Source: Litoreibacter ponti (lineage in GTDB: Bacteria; Pseudomonadota; Alphaproteobacteria; Rhodobacterales; Rhodobacteraceae). From it: a stretch of DNA of 64,000 nt. The translations under genes were made by a program, and so were the position numbers. Numbering within the stretch: position 1 is the first letter of the stretch; every line of letters begins with the position of its first letter. Below the pieces are notes generated by a model, which saw nothing but the letters and a program-made list of their open reading frames with translations, did not search any database and was not told where the DNA came from. The DNA lies in NCBI RefSeq assembly GCF_003054285.1, contig NZ_QBKS01000002.1, positions 223,207 to 287,206 of the forward strand, in the 5' to 3' direction. This document shows, in pieces, positions 9,330 through 17,966 of this stretch.

Positions 9330-10961
9330 CTACTTCAACAGGATCGTCACGATGGGCGGCCAGATCAGCAGCACCGACAACGCGCAGAGCTGGATGCAGA
9401 TGAATGGCAGGAAGCCCTTGAAGATATCCGTCAGAGAGATGTGCGCCGGGGCCACCGACTTGAGGTAGAAGGCCGCCGGGCCGAAGGGTGGTGACAGGAA
9501 CGACACCTGCATGTTCATACAAAACACCACCCCGAACCAGATCGCGATGTAGCGCGGCTCGAGCTGGCCGAGAAAGCCGATCTCCTCGATCGGCAGGCGC
9601 TGCACGATGGGCAGGAAGACGGGGATGATCAAAAGCACGATACCGACCCAGTCCATGAAGGCGCCCATGAACAACAGGATCAGCATCATGATCAGGATGA
9701 TGCCCATGGTCGGCAAGTCGGTGCCGAGGATCAGGTTCGCCACATAGGTCGGCCCGCCCGCGATCGTGTAGGCGCCCGCCAGCGCGGTTGCGCCGATGGT
9801 CACCCAGATGATCGTGCCGGTGGATTTCAGCGTGCGCATCAGGCTGTCCCAGACCAGATCAAAGCTCGCTTCGCCCCGGAAGATGGCGATCAGCAGCACG
9901 CTGATGGCACCCATGCCAGCGGCCTCGGTGATGCCGGTGATCCCGCCATAGATCGAGCCCAGCACGACCCCGATCACCACGATAGGCGGCACAAGGCCCT
10001 TGCCCAGCGCCCAGCCGCGGGCGGTGGTCTCGCGGCCGAAGACGAAGAAGATCAGCGCCAGTGAGATCGCAACCAGCCCCGCGAACCACGGCACATCGGC
10101 GGGCGTGCCCCAGAAGATCGGCTCGACCCCCTCGATGACGTCGTTCTGGCCGGTGACCGTGAAGAACAGCGCGCGCAGGCACAAGGCCGTGCTGAAGCCC
10201 GCTACGAGTACCGCCATGAAACCACCGAAGAGCTTTGCCTTCTCGGCCCCCACCGGCTCGCCCGGCTGCAGCTCTGGCAGCGGCGCGTCCTCTGGATGCA
10301 ACCGCGTGCGGATGATGATGTAGATGATGATGAACGAGGCCAGCATGAAGCCCGGCAGGAAGGCCGCCGTGAACAGCGCCTTGATCGAGGTCTCGGTGAT
10401 CAGCCCATAGATGATCAGCACGATCGAGGGCGGGATCATCGTCCCCAGCGACCCGGACGCACAGATCGTGCCGATGGCCAGGTTCTGATTGTAGCCCAGC
10501 CGCAGCATCTGCGGCAGCGCGATCAGGCCCAAAAGGACCACCTCGCCGCCGATGATGCCCGACATGGCGGCCATGATTACCGCCATGATCGAGGTGACGA
10601 TGGCGATGCCCCCGCGGGTGCGGTTCAGCCAGATGTTGAGCGAGGAATACATGTCCTTGGCGATGCCGGAGCGTTCCAGCAAAGCCGCCATGAAGATGAA
10701 CAAGGGTATTGATATGAGCACGTAACTCGTCATCACGTCGCCGTATATGCGTTGCGACAGAATGTTGAGCGGGCCGGAGCCCGGCCGGCCGGTCAGAATC
10801 CCCTCCCCCCACAGGGTCGGGTCCATGAGCAGCGCGGGCTCGAATTTCATCAACAGCACCACCACGGCCATGAAGGCAGAGGCGAAGCCAAGCGGCATAC
10901 CAATGGCCAGCAGGACCACGAGGCCCAGCATCAGCACCAGTGAGATCGTTCCGACGTCCAT
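9330..10961 (-). CDS. dctM: TRAP transporter large permease
   Basis: 543-aa polytopic membrane protein, typical DctM length and composition. 1-nt overlap with dctQ. Confidence 0.9.
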   Translation of the reverse strand: MDVGTISLVLMLGLVVLLAIGMPLGFASAFMAVVVLLMKFEPALLMDPTLWGEGILTGRPGSGPLNILSQRIYGDVMTSYVLISIPLFIFMAALLERSGIAKDMYSSLNIWLNRTRGGIAIVTSIMAVIMAAMSGIIGGEVVLLGLIALPQMLRLGYNQNLAIGTICASGSLGTMIPPSIVLIIYGLITETSIKALFTAAFLPGFMLASFIIIYIIIRTRLHPEDAPLPELQPGEPVGAEKAKLFGGFMAVLVAGFSTALCLRALFFTVTGQNDVIEGVEPIFWGTPADVPWFAGLVAISLALIFFVFGRETTARGWALGKGLVPPIVVIGVVLGSIYGGITGITEAAGMGAISVLLIAIFRGEASFDLVWDSLMRTLKSTGTIIWVTIGATALAGAYTIAGGPTYVANLILGTDLPTMGIILIMMLILLFMGAFMDWVGIVLLIIPVFLPIVQRLPIEEIGFLGQLEPRYIAIWFGVVFCMNMQVSFLSPPFGPAAFYLKSVAPAHISLTDIFKGFLPFICIQLCALSVLLIWPPIVTILLK

Positions 10962-11887
10962 CAGTTGTCGTCCTTCTTGGCTTTGGTCTGGGAGCCCTGA
11001 ATGGCCCCGCGGGTGACGTCCAGATCGCCGGTGCCCTCTGCGCCGACAGCGGCGCGCAGGCGGGCGATCTCGTCCTCGTCGATGTCGTCGGCGGCGGTGT
11101 GGATCACCGGCTCGGCGTTCCAGTCGGCGATCAGGTTGACCACCGCCTGCACGGCCACAAGCGCCACGATGAACAGCACCGCGGGCTTCACGGTGGCCGG
11201 AATGGGCGGATCAAAGGCGGTACCGAAGGTTTCCCAGCGGTAGAACTTGCTGAACGCCTCGCCGTAGCCGCCATAGATCAGGAAGAAGGCAAACGCGATG
11301 ATCAGCAGCGTGGAGATGCAGTCGAACAGCTTCTGCATCCACCACGGGCAGACGTCGTAGAGCAGGAAAATGCGGATATGGCTGCGCTGCTGCATGGCAT
11401 AGAGCCCCGCGGTCAGGAAGATGAAGCCCGCGATCCACAGCGACAGCTCGTTGGCCCAGAGCGTCGGCGCCTCGAACACGTAGCGCAAGAGCACCTCGTA
11501 GAGCATCACCAGCACCAAAAGCACGATCAGCATCATGGTGATACGTCCGATGAAGACCGACAGGCGGTCGGCGGTGCCCCAGGCCTCGAACTCCATGGGG
11601 GCGCGTCGCACGGTCATCACGCCGAGGACCAGAAAGACCGGCAGCAGCACCAGCGCCAGCCAGTCGATCGCGTCGGCATAGCCGCCGAAGAGCCCGCCCA
11701 TGTTGGGGGTCACGTCATTACGCAGGAAGATGCCCGCCAGGTTGTCGCGCGCGGACTGGTTTTCCGGCGGCGCCCAGTCGAGCGTGAAGGCCGGGATGTG
11801 CCATGTCACCCAGCCCGCGCAGATCACGAAGGCCAGCGGCACCAGCCATTCGATCGCGGTTCCGTGTTTGAGCTCTTGATCCTGCAT
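10961..11887 (-). CDS. dctQ: TRAP transporter small permease (unusually long, 308 aa)
   Basis: Four or more TM helices immediately upstream of dctM. Carries N-terminal extra helices and an acidic C-terminal tail relative to typical DctQ of about 170-200 aa. Confidence 0.75.
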   Translation of the reverse strand: MQDQELKHGTAIEWLVPLAFVICAGWVTWHIPAFTLDWAPPENQSARDNLAGIFLRNDVTPNMGGLFGGYADAIDWLALVLLPVFLVLGVMTVRRAPMEFEAWGTADRLSVFIGRITMMLIVLLVLVMLYEVLLRYVFEAPTLWANELSLWIAGFIFLTAGLYAMQQRSHIRIFLLYDVCPWWMQKLFDCISTLLIIAFAFFLIYGGYGEAFSKFYRWETFGTAFDPPIPATVKPAVLFIVALVAVQAVVNLIADWNAEPVIHTAADDIDEDEIARLRAAVGAEGTGDLDVTRGAIQGSQTKAKKDDN

Positions 11888-11911
11888 ACTCTCCCTCCCC
11901 TTGGTGTGGCG

Positions 11912-13084
11912 TCACGCGGCCACGGCGTAGTGTTCGATGAAGTCGCGGTCCGGCTCGACGCCGATCCCCGGTGCTGTCGGTATCGCGACGCGGCCGCCAT
12001 TGGCCTTGACCTGGCCCTGGATATCCAGCGGCTCGGCCAGCAGATCGTCGCGGAATTTGTTATCGGTGGTGTCAAATTCCAGCATCGGCTCCCACGGGTG
12101 TAGCCCGCCCGGCATGGGCGGCATGGCCGCCAGCAGTTGCAGGTTGGTGGCGACCGCGATGGCGGAGCCCCAGACATGGTTCACCACAGGCGTGAAATGC
12201 GCATGACACAGCGCCAGCACCCGCAGGTATTCCGACACGCCCCCCAGCGCGCAGACCTCGGGCTGGGCGATGTCGAGCCCGCGGTTCTCGAGGATTGCCC
12301 GCCAGCCCCAGCGGCCGAACTCGGCCTCGCCGCCGGAGATGTTGGTCTTCAGGCCCGCGCGCAACTCGCGGTAGCCATCGTGGTCTTCGGGCGCGACGGG
12401 CTCTTCGAACCAATAGGCCTCAAGCTCGTCCAGCGCGCGACCCACGTAGAAGGCGTCCGACGTCGTGTAGCAGTGGTTCGCATCCACCATGAATTTGAAC
12501 TCCGCGCCCACCCCGTCGCGGACGGCCTGACACAGCACCACGTCCTTGCGCGGGCCGAGGCCGGTTTTCATCTTGGTCGCCGTGAAGCCTGCGTCGCGAA
12601 TCGCGGCGGCCTCGTCGGCAAAGAGCGCGGCCAGCGAGGGCGCGTCCATGTCGGGGCGCAGCATCATGCCGTAGCCGTAGACCGGCACATCCGCGCGGTG
12701 CGCGCCGCCGATCAGCTTGTGCAGCGGCATGTCCGCCACCTTGCCCGCAATGTCCCACAGCGCGATATCGACGCCGGAGAGGGACTGCATCGGCATCCCC
12801 TTCTGGCCGTGGTCGCGCATCAGGTTGTAGACCTTGTGCCAGATCACGTCGCGGTCGAGCGGGTCCAGCCCAAGGATCATCGGCGCGATGACGCCTTCGA
12901 CGATACCCTTGTTGGCCAACGCAATGGCGCCGGGCCCAAAACATTCACCCCAGCCCGTCACGCCCTCATCGGTCGAGACCTCGACCAGATGCGCGGTGCG
13001 CTTGGCGTAGTATTGCTGCGAATAGCCCAAGACCTCGGGCATGTCGTATTGCAACACATGGCTGGTGATCGCGGTGATCTTCAT
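11912..13084 (-). CDS. enolase-superfamily enzyme (mandelate racemase / muconate lactonizing enzyme family; probable acid-sugar dehydratase)
   Basis: MKITAITSHV start, with KxK and D/E/D metal-ligand spacing typical of MR/MLE. Sits between dctP and dctQ. Confidence 0.8.
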   Translation of the reverse strand: MKITAITSHVLQYDMPEVLGYSQQYYAKRTAHLVEVSTDEGVTGWGECFGPGAIALANKGIVEGVIAPMILGLDPLDRDVIWHKVYNLMRDHGQKGMPMQSLSGVDIALWDIAGKVADMPLHKLIGGAHRADVPVYGYGMMLRPDMDAPSLAALFADEAAAIRDAGFTATKMKTGLGPRKDVVLCQAVRDGVGAEFKFMVDANHCYTTSDAFYVGRALDELEAYWFEEPVAPEDHDGYRELRAGLKTNISGGEAEFGRWGWRAILENRGLDIAQPEVCALGGVSEYLRVLALCHAHFTPVVNHVWGSAIAVATNLQLLAAMPPMPGGLHPWEPMLEFDTTDNKFRDDLLAEPLDIQGQVKANGGRVAIPTAPGIGVEPDRDFIEHYAVAA

Positions 13085-13160
13085 TCTGCGCCCGTCCAGA
13101 TGCAAAACGGGGCCATGGCGCATGGCCACGGCCCCGTCGATGAGCCTTCCCGTGGGAGGC

Positions 13161-14186
13161 TTACTCTTTCACGATACCCAGCTGCTTGAGGTAGGCGATG
13201 TGGCTGTCCACAAGCGCTTTGGCCTCGGGGGTCGTGGCGAACTCGGGCCAGGTGGCCTGCGCTGCGGCACGGAACTCGGCCAGATCCTCAGGCGCCCACT
13301 GCGAGATGGTCACGCCATCGGCGGTCAGCTTGGCCACGGCCTCTGCGTTGCGCTTCTCGAAGATCAGGGCGGATTTCAGAGCGATGTCGGAGACGGCGGT
13401 CTCCATGATCGCGCGGTGATGCGCGGGCATCGCGTCCCAGACGGCCTTGTTGCAGGCCAGGTGGTCGGACGGCATCGAGTGGAAACCCGGGTAGTTGGCG
13501 AACTTCGCGATGTCGTAGAGGCCGAGCCCGACGTTGTTGGAGATGTTCGAGGCGTCAGCACCGTCGATGATGCCGGTCTCCAGCGCGGTGAAGATCTCGG
13601 TGAAGTCCATCACGATGGGCGAGGCGCCGAGCTTTTCGAAGATCTTGGTTTCCATGCCCGGAGGCGAGCGGAATTTCCAGTCCTTCAGATCGTCAATGCC
13701 AGCGATCGGCTTGGTGGAGGCGAAGCTTTCCTGGCCGTAGACGATCCAGCCCACAAGCTGCATGTCATACTGGTTGTAGAGCGCCTGAGCCGCGTCGCGG
13801 CCACCGCCATAGTACAGCCAGCTGAGCTGCTGTGCGGGGGTCTCGTAGCCACCCATGATGTCGCCCACGAACTGGAAGGCGGGGTTCTTGCCGGTCTGGT
13901 AGCCGCCGCCTGTGGCGTCGCAATCCAGAATGCCGGAGGCTGCCGCGTCAAATGTCTCGACAGATTTGACGACGGAGGCCGAGTAGAACATCTCGATGTC
14001 GATCTCGCCGTTGGACATCAGCTCGATGTTTTCCATCAGCTCGGTCAGCAAGCCGCCGGACGTGGTTTCGGGGGCGTAGTGGGTTTGGATGCGCAGCTTG
14101 GTGGTGGCGTGGCCGTCGGCGATCGCGCCCGTGGCCAGCACAGCCAAAGCCGCAGCCGAACAAGCGGCCGTTTTCAGAAATTTCAT
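13161..14186 (-). CDS. dctP: TRAP transporter substrate-binding protein (DctP family)
   Basis: 341 aa with signal peptide MKFLKTAACSAAALAVLATGA. GGGAGGA ribosome-binding site upstream. Confidence 0.85.
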   Translation of the reverse strand: MKFLKTAACSAAALAVLATGAIADGHATTKLRIQTHYAPETTSGGLLTELMENIELMSNGEIDIEMFYSASVVKSVETFDAAASGILDCDATGGGYQTGKNPAFQFVGDIMGGYETPAQQLSWLYYGGGRDAAQALYNQYDMQLVGWIVYGQESFASTKPIAGIDDLKDWKFRSPPGMETKIFEKLGASPIVMDFTEIFTALETGIIDGADASNISNNVGLGLYDIAKFANYPGFHSMPSDHLACNKAVWDAMPAHHRAIMETAVSDIALKSALIFEKRNAEAVAKLTADGVTISQWAPEDLAEFRAAAQATWPEFATTPEAKALVDSHIAYLKQLGIVKE

Positions 14187-14219
14187 GGTGTCCTCCCAGA
14201 CGATTTTATTTCTTTGTGA

Positions 14220-14256
14220 CTGCGAGCATCCGGGCGTCGCCCGTTAGCGCTCGCAG
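14220..14256. promoter_or_regulatory. nested inverted repeat in the dctP 5' leader / gntR-dctP divergent region
   Basis: ctgcgagc..(cgggcg tc gcccg)..gctcgcag read directly. Confidence 0.35.
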
Positions 14257-14304
14257 GCGTAATAGGACCGTAGCAACCGAATCTGGACCTGCCAATCAAA
14301 ATCT

Positions 14305-14331
14305 AAAATTTCACAAAATTTCAAAATTTCC
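14305..14331. promoter_or_regulatory. three tandem AAAATTTCA/C repeats (AT-rich candidate operator or UP element)
   Basis: aaaatttcac aaaatttca aaatttcc in the divergent gntR/dctP promoter region of an otherwise 65% GC genome. Confidence 0.35.
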
Positions 14332-14378
14332 TCGCTTTTTCAGAAATTCCTCCACATGCTTACGGGTGAGGATGTGCC

Positions 14379-15056
14379 ATGCCAAGACGCGAAACCCCTG
14401 ATATTTATGACGATCTGCGCGCCCGCCTGATCGAGGGCGGCTTTGCGCCCGGCCGCAAGCTCAAGCCCGCAGAGCTGCAACAGGACTATGGCTGCTCGAC
14501 CAATACGGTGCGCGACGTGCTGTTGCGCCTTGCCGCCGAAGGGCTGGCCGAGTTTCGCGACCAGCGGGGATTCCGGATGCCCGAACGCTCCGCGCAAAAG
14601 CAGCACGAGGTCGCGCAGATGCGCATCCTGCTGGAGCAGGAAGGCGCCTGCCTGTCACTGCAGTATGGCGGCATCGACTGGGAAGGACGGCTGACCGCCG
14701 TGCATCACAAGCTCCTGCATCTCGAGAAGCGCATCCGCCACCACGAGAACCCCGACAGTCTCGTCGCGCACTGGCTGGAGGCCGAGGAGGAGTTTCACCA
14801 GACGCTGATCTCGGCCTGCGCGTCCGACACGCTGATCGGGCTGCACCGCCAGATCTACGCGCAGTTTCGCCAGCAGCACGTCGCGGTGGACCGGGCGTTT
14901 GCCTTTATCACCGAGAACATCGCCCAGCATCAGGCCATCGTCGACGCCGCGCTCGAGGGCGACCCGGGCAAGGTCCGCAGCCGCATCCACGCCCATCTCG
15001 AGCGCAACCTGTCGCCGCAGCATCCCAAGGTCGCGGAACTCGCCCGCCGAGGGTAG
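14379..15056 (+). CDS. GntR family transcriptional regulator (FadR/FCD subfamily)
   Basis: N-terminal winged HTH (STNTVRDVLLRLAAEGL) plus C-terminal all-helical FCD-like domain. Divergent from the TRAP operon. Confidence 0.85.
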   Translation: MPRRETPDIYDDLRARLIEGGFAPGRKLKPAELQQDYGCSTNTVRDVLLRLAAEGLAEFRDQRGFRMPERSAQKQHEVAQMRILLEQEGACLSLQYGGIDWEGRLTAVHHKLLHLEKRIRHHENPDSLVAHWLEAEEEFHQTLISACASDTLIGLHRQIYAQFRQQHVAVDRAFAFITENIAQHQAIVDAALEGDPGKVRSRIHAHLERNLSPQHPKVAELARRG

Positions 15057-15075
15057 GCTGACAGGCTGCGCCATC

Positions 15076-15100
15076 CCGTATTTTTGGAACAAAGAAAGAG
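15076..15100. repeat. short interspersed repeat motif R3, inverted copy
   Basis: ccgtatttttggaacaaagaaagag is the reverse complement of ctctttctttgttccaaaaatacgg seen at 54001 and 57399. Confidence 0.5.
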
Positions 15101-15116
15101 CCATCTGGCCCCTATG

Positions 15117-16091
15117 TTATGGGCCCGGCGCGTTGAGGTCGTCTTCGAGATAGACCTCGATGATCTCCTTGAAGCTGCTCTCCGCCTTGAAGCCCAGCGC
15201 CTTGGCGCGCTCCGGTGCGAAGTCGCGCGGCCAGCCTTCGACGATCTTCTCGATCACCGGGTCGGGCTGGCGTTTGATCAGTTTGACCGGATCGTTGCCC
15301 GCGACCTCGCGCAGCGCCTCGATCTGTTCGGCCACGGTGCAGCTGATGCCCGGCAGGTTGAGCGCGCGGCGGCCGCCGAGCGTTTCTGTGTCGAGGGTCG
15401 CGGCATGGGTCAGGAAGCCCGTGGCGGAGCGTGGGCTGGCATGCCAGTGGCGCACGGTGTCTGCGACCGGCAGGATCGCCTCCTGCCCATTCAAGGGCTC
15501 GCGGATGATGCCGGAAAAGAAGCCCGAGGCGGCGGCATTCGGCGCGCCGGGACGCACGCAGATCGTGGGCAGGCGGATCGAGATGCCATCGATATAGCCC
15601 TTGCGCGAGAAGTCCGAGATCATCGTCTCGCAGATCAGCTTCTGCGCGCCGTAGCTGGTCTGCGGGGCCTGCAGGAACGTGTCGCTGATCTTGTCGGGGT
15701 ACGGCCCGCCGAACACCGCGATGGACGAGGTGAAAACCAAGCGCGGGCAGTAGTCGGGATCGGCCTCGTGCTCTGCGCGCAGGGCCTCCAGCAGCGCCCA
15801 TGTGGGGTGCATGTTGACCGCCCAGCCCTTGGAGAAATTCGCCTCCGCCTCGCCCGAGACGATCGAGGCGAGGTGGAAGATCACATCCGGCCTGGTGCGC
15901 GCGAGCCGCGCGGCGGTGCCCGCATCGGCGATGGAGCCCACGATCTGGTTGACGCCCGGCAACGGCTGGGGCGGGAAAGCGATATCGTGCAGCGTCAATT
16001 CGACCGGCTCGCCGCCAAGTCCGTGAACCGACAGGTGCAAGGCCAGCTTCTGGCCGACCATCCCGCCGCCGCCGAGGACGAGCGCCCTCAT
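15117..16091 (-). CDS. NAD-dependent epimerase/dehydratase family protein (D-erythronate dehydrogenase DenD-like)
   Basis: MRALVLGGGGMVGQKL Rossmann motif, 324 aa. Confidence 0.7.
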   Translation of the reverse strand: MRALVLGGGGMVGQKLALHLSVHGLGGEPVELTLHDIAFPPQPLPGVNQIVGSIADAGTAARLARTRPDVIFHLASIVSGEAEANFSKGWAVNMHPTWALLEALRAEHEADPDYCPRLVFTSSIAVFGGPYPDKISDTFLQAPQTSYGAQKLICETMISDFSRKGYIDGISIRLPTICVRPGAPNAAASGFFSGIIREPLNGQEAILPVADTVRHWHASPRSATGFLTHAATLDTETLGGRRALNLPGISCTVAEQIEALREVAGNDPVKLIKRQPDPVIEKIVEGWPRDFAPERAKALGFKAESSFKEIIEVYLEDDLNAPGP

Positions 16092-16972
16092 GCGCTCAGA
16101 CCGTTGCGCGCGAGTAGCTCGAGATAGAGCCCGGAGTGGTCTTTATCCGCGCCGCCCATATTATTGGAAAACTCCGCGAAACGGTCGCGGGTCATCTGCG
16201 CGGTGGGCAGGGTCAGGCCAAGCTGGCCGCTTTCATTGAGCAGGTTGTCGAGGTCTTTCAGCTGGAATTTGGTGAGCCCGCCGGGCTCGAAATTGCCCTC
16301 CGTCATGCGCTCGCCATGCTGCTGCAGGATGGTGCTGTCGGCGAAGCCGCCCTTGAGCGCCGCGCGCACGGCAGCCGCGTCGGCGCCGCCTTGTTTGACG
16401 AGCAGCATCGCCTCGGCCACGGCGGCGATGGTGACGGCGACGATGGCCTGATTGGCGAGCTTGGAGAGCTGGCCCGCGCCCGACGGGCCAACATGGACCG
16501 GGCGGCCCATTGCTTCGAAGACAGGTTTCGCGCGGGCGAAGGCATCCGCGTCCCCGCCCACCATGATGGCGAGGCTTGCGGCCTCCGCCCCCTTGGTGCC
16601 GCCCGAGACCGGCGCGTCAAGATGGGCGAAGCCGAGCGCGCCCAGATGGGCCGATTGCGCGCGGGCTTCTTCGGGCTTGGCCGAGGACATGTCGATCCAT
16701 AGGGCGCCGTCCTTCATGGCCGATGTCACAGCTTCGTCCATGACAAGGCCGCCCACCACCACGCCGTCCGCCAGCATGGTAATAATCACATCCGCACCCG
16801 CGATGGCCTCCGCCACCGTGTCGTGAACGGTGGCGCCGTGATCTGCCAGCGGCTCTGCCTTGGCGCGGGAGCGGTTCCAGACCGACAGATCGAAACCCGC
16901 CTTGCGCAGATTGCGCGCCATCGGCGCGCCCATCAGCCCGGTGCCGAGCAGCGCGATTTTCGTGTTTGCCAT
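16088..16972 (-). CDS. HIBADH-family NAD-binding dehydrogenase (L-threonate dehydrogenase LtnD-like / 2-hydroxy-3-oxopropionate reductase-like)
   Basis: Track ORF trimmed to MANTKIALLGTGLMGAPMARNL at 16972, 294 aa. Confidence 0.75.
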   Translation of the reverse strand: MANTKIALLGTGLMGAPMARNLRKAGFDLSVWNRSRAKAEPLADHGATVHDTVAEAIAGADVIITMLADGVVVGGLVMDEAVTSAMKDGALWIDMSSAKPEEARAQSAHLGALGFAHLDAPVSGGTKGAEAASLAIMVGGDADAFARAKPVFEAMGRPVHVGPSGAGQLSKLANQAIVAVTIAAVAEAMLLVKQGGADAAAVRAALKGGFADSTILQQHGERMTEGNFEPGGLTKFQLKDLDNLLNESGQLGLTLPTAQMTRDRFAEFSNNMGGADKDHSGLYLELLARNGLSA

Positions 16973-17128
16973 GGGGTCCCCGTTCCTCGTCTTCATGCTG
17001 TTTGCGCAAACACTAGGGGAAGCGCCGGGCGGTGAAAAGCATTGAAGCCCGACTAAATTGACCTTAGGCAAGGGGCGTGTCGCGAGGCTGCGCGCGACGG
17101 ATACAACGAAAATATCGGGGGGATTACC

Positions 17129-17878
17129 TTGGCGCATCAAAGACTTGCCGGAAAACGTGCATTGGTAAGTGCGGCGGCTCAGGGCATCGGGCGCGCCTCG
17201 GCGCTGGCGATGGCCGATGAGGGCGCGCAGGTCTTTGCGACCGATGTGAACGCGGACGCCCTGGCCGAGCTGGAGCACCCCGGCATCGAGACCTTCGAGA
17301 TGGACGTGCGCGACGCGGATGCAGTGGCCGAGGGCGTGGCGCGGTCAAAGCCGGACGTGTTGTTCAACTGCGCGGGCTACGTGCACGCGGGCTCAATCCT
17401 GGACGCCTCGGACGACGAGTGGGACTTCGCCTTCGATCTGAACGTGCGTTCAATGATGCGGATGATGAAGGCGGCCCTGCCCGGCATGCTGGAGCGCGGC
17501 GGTGGCTCGATCATCAACATGTCGAGCGCGTGCTCTTCGGTCATCGGCGCGCCGAACCGCTTCATCTACGGCACCACCAAGGCCGCCGTGATCGGCATGA
17601 CGAAATCGGTGGCGGTGGACTACATCACGCAAGGGATTCGCTGCAATTGCATCTGCCCCGGCACGGTGGAGAGCCCCAGCTGGCACGACCGGGTGCGCGA
17701 GCTGGGCGAGAGCCTTGGCAGCTACGAGGCCGCGCTGGAGCAGTTCGTGTCCCGCCAGCCCATGGGGCGCGTCGCCAAGGCGGAAGAGATCGCGGCGCTG
17801 GTGGTGTATCTCGCCGGTGACGAGAGCGCCTTTACGACCGGGCAGGCCCATGTGATCGATGGCGGGTGGTCCGGTTAA
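17129..17878 (+). CDS. SDR family oxidoreductase
   Basis: TTG start. TGxxxGIG-like motif (VSAAAQGIGRA), NAG motif and YxxxK catalytic motif. 249 aa. Confidence 0.85.
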   Translation: MAHQRLAGKRALVSAAAQGIGRASALAMADEGAQVFATDVNADALAELEHPGIETFEMDVRDADAVAEGVARSKPDVLFNCAGYVHAGSILDASDDEWDFAFDLNVRSMMRMMKAALPGMLERGGGSIINMSSACSSVIGAPNRFIYGTTKAAVIGMTKSVAVDYITQGIRCNCICPGTVESPSWHDRVRELGESLGSYEAALEQFVSRQPMGRVAKAEEIAALVVYLAGDESAFTTGQAHVIDGGWSG

Positions 17879-17887
17879 GGCGGGTTT

Positions 17888-17956
17888 TTGAGTATTTTTG
17901 CCAAAACGAAGCATGAAAGCGCCCTTGCTTGGGATCGGGGCGCGTTAACCTTAATG
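17888..17956. repeat. interspersed intergenic repeat (motifs R1 + R2)
   Basis: ttgagtatttttgccaaaacgaagc (R1) followed by gcgcgttaaccttaatg (R2). Same pair at 45865-45929, R1 alone at 49493, R2 inverted at 53960 and 57196. Confidence 0.55.
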
Positions 17957-17966
17957 GAAGATTGAG

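Noticed and set aside
10940-12103. 387-aa + strand ORF, and many similar Arg/Gly/His-rich ORFs throughout the track.
   Set aside because: Antisense shadows of dctQ and enolase-family genes. High-GC genomes generate long open frames on the non-coding strand.
16973-17278. 102-aa N-terminal extension of the LtnD-like dehydrogenase ORF.
   Set aside because: The Rossmann motif starts at the internal ATG at 16972. The extension runs through the divergent promoter region of the SDR gene.
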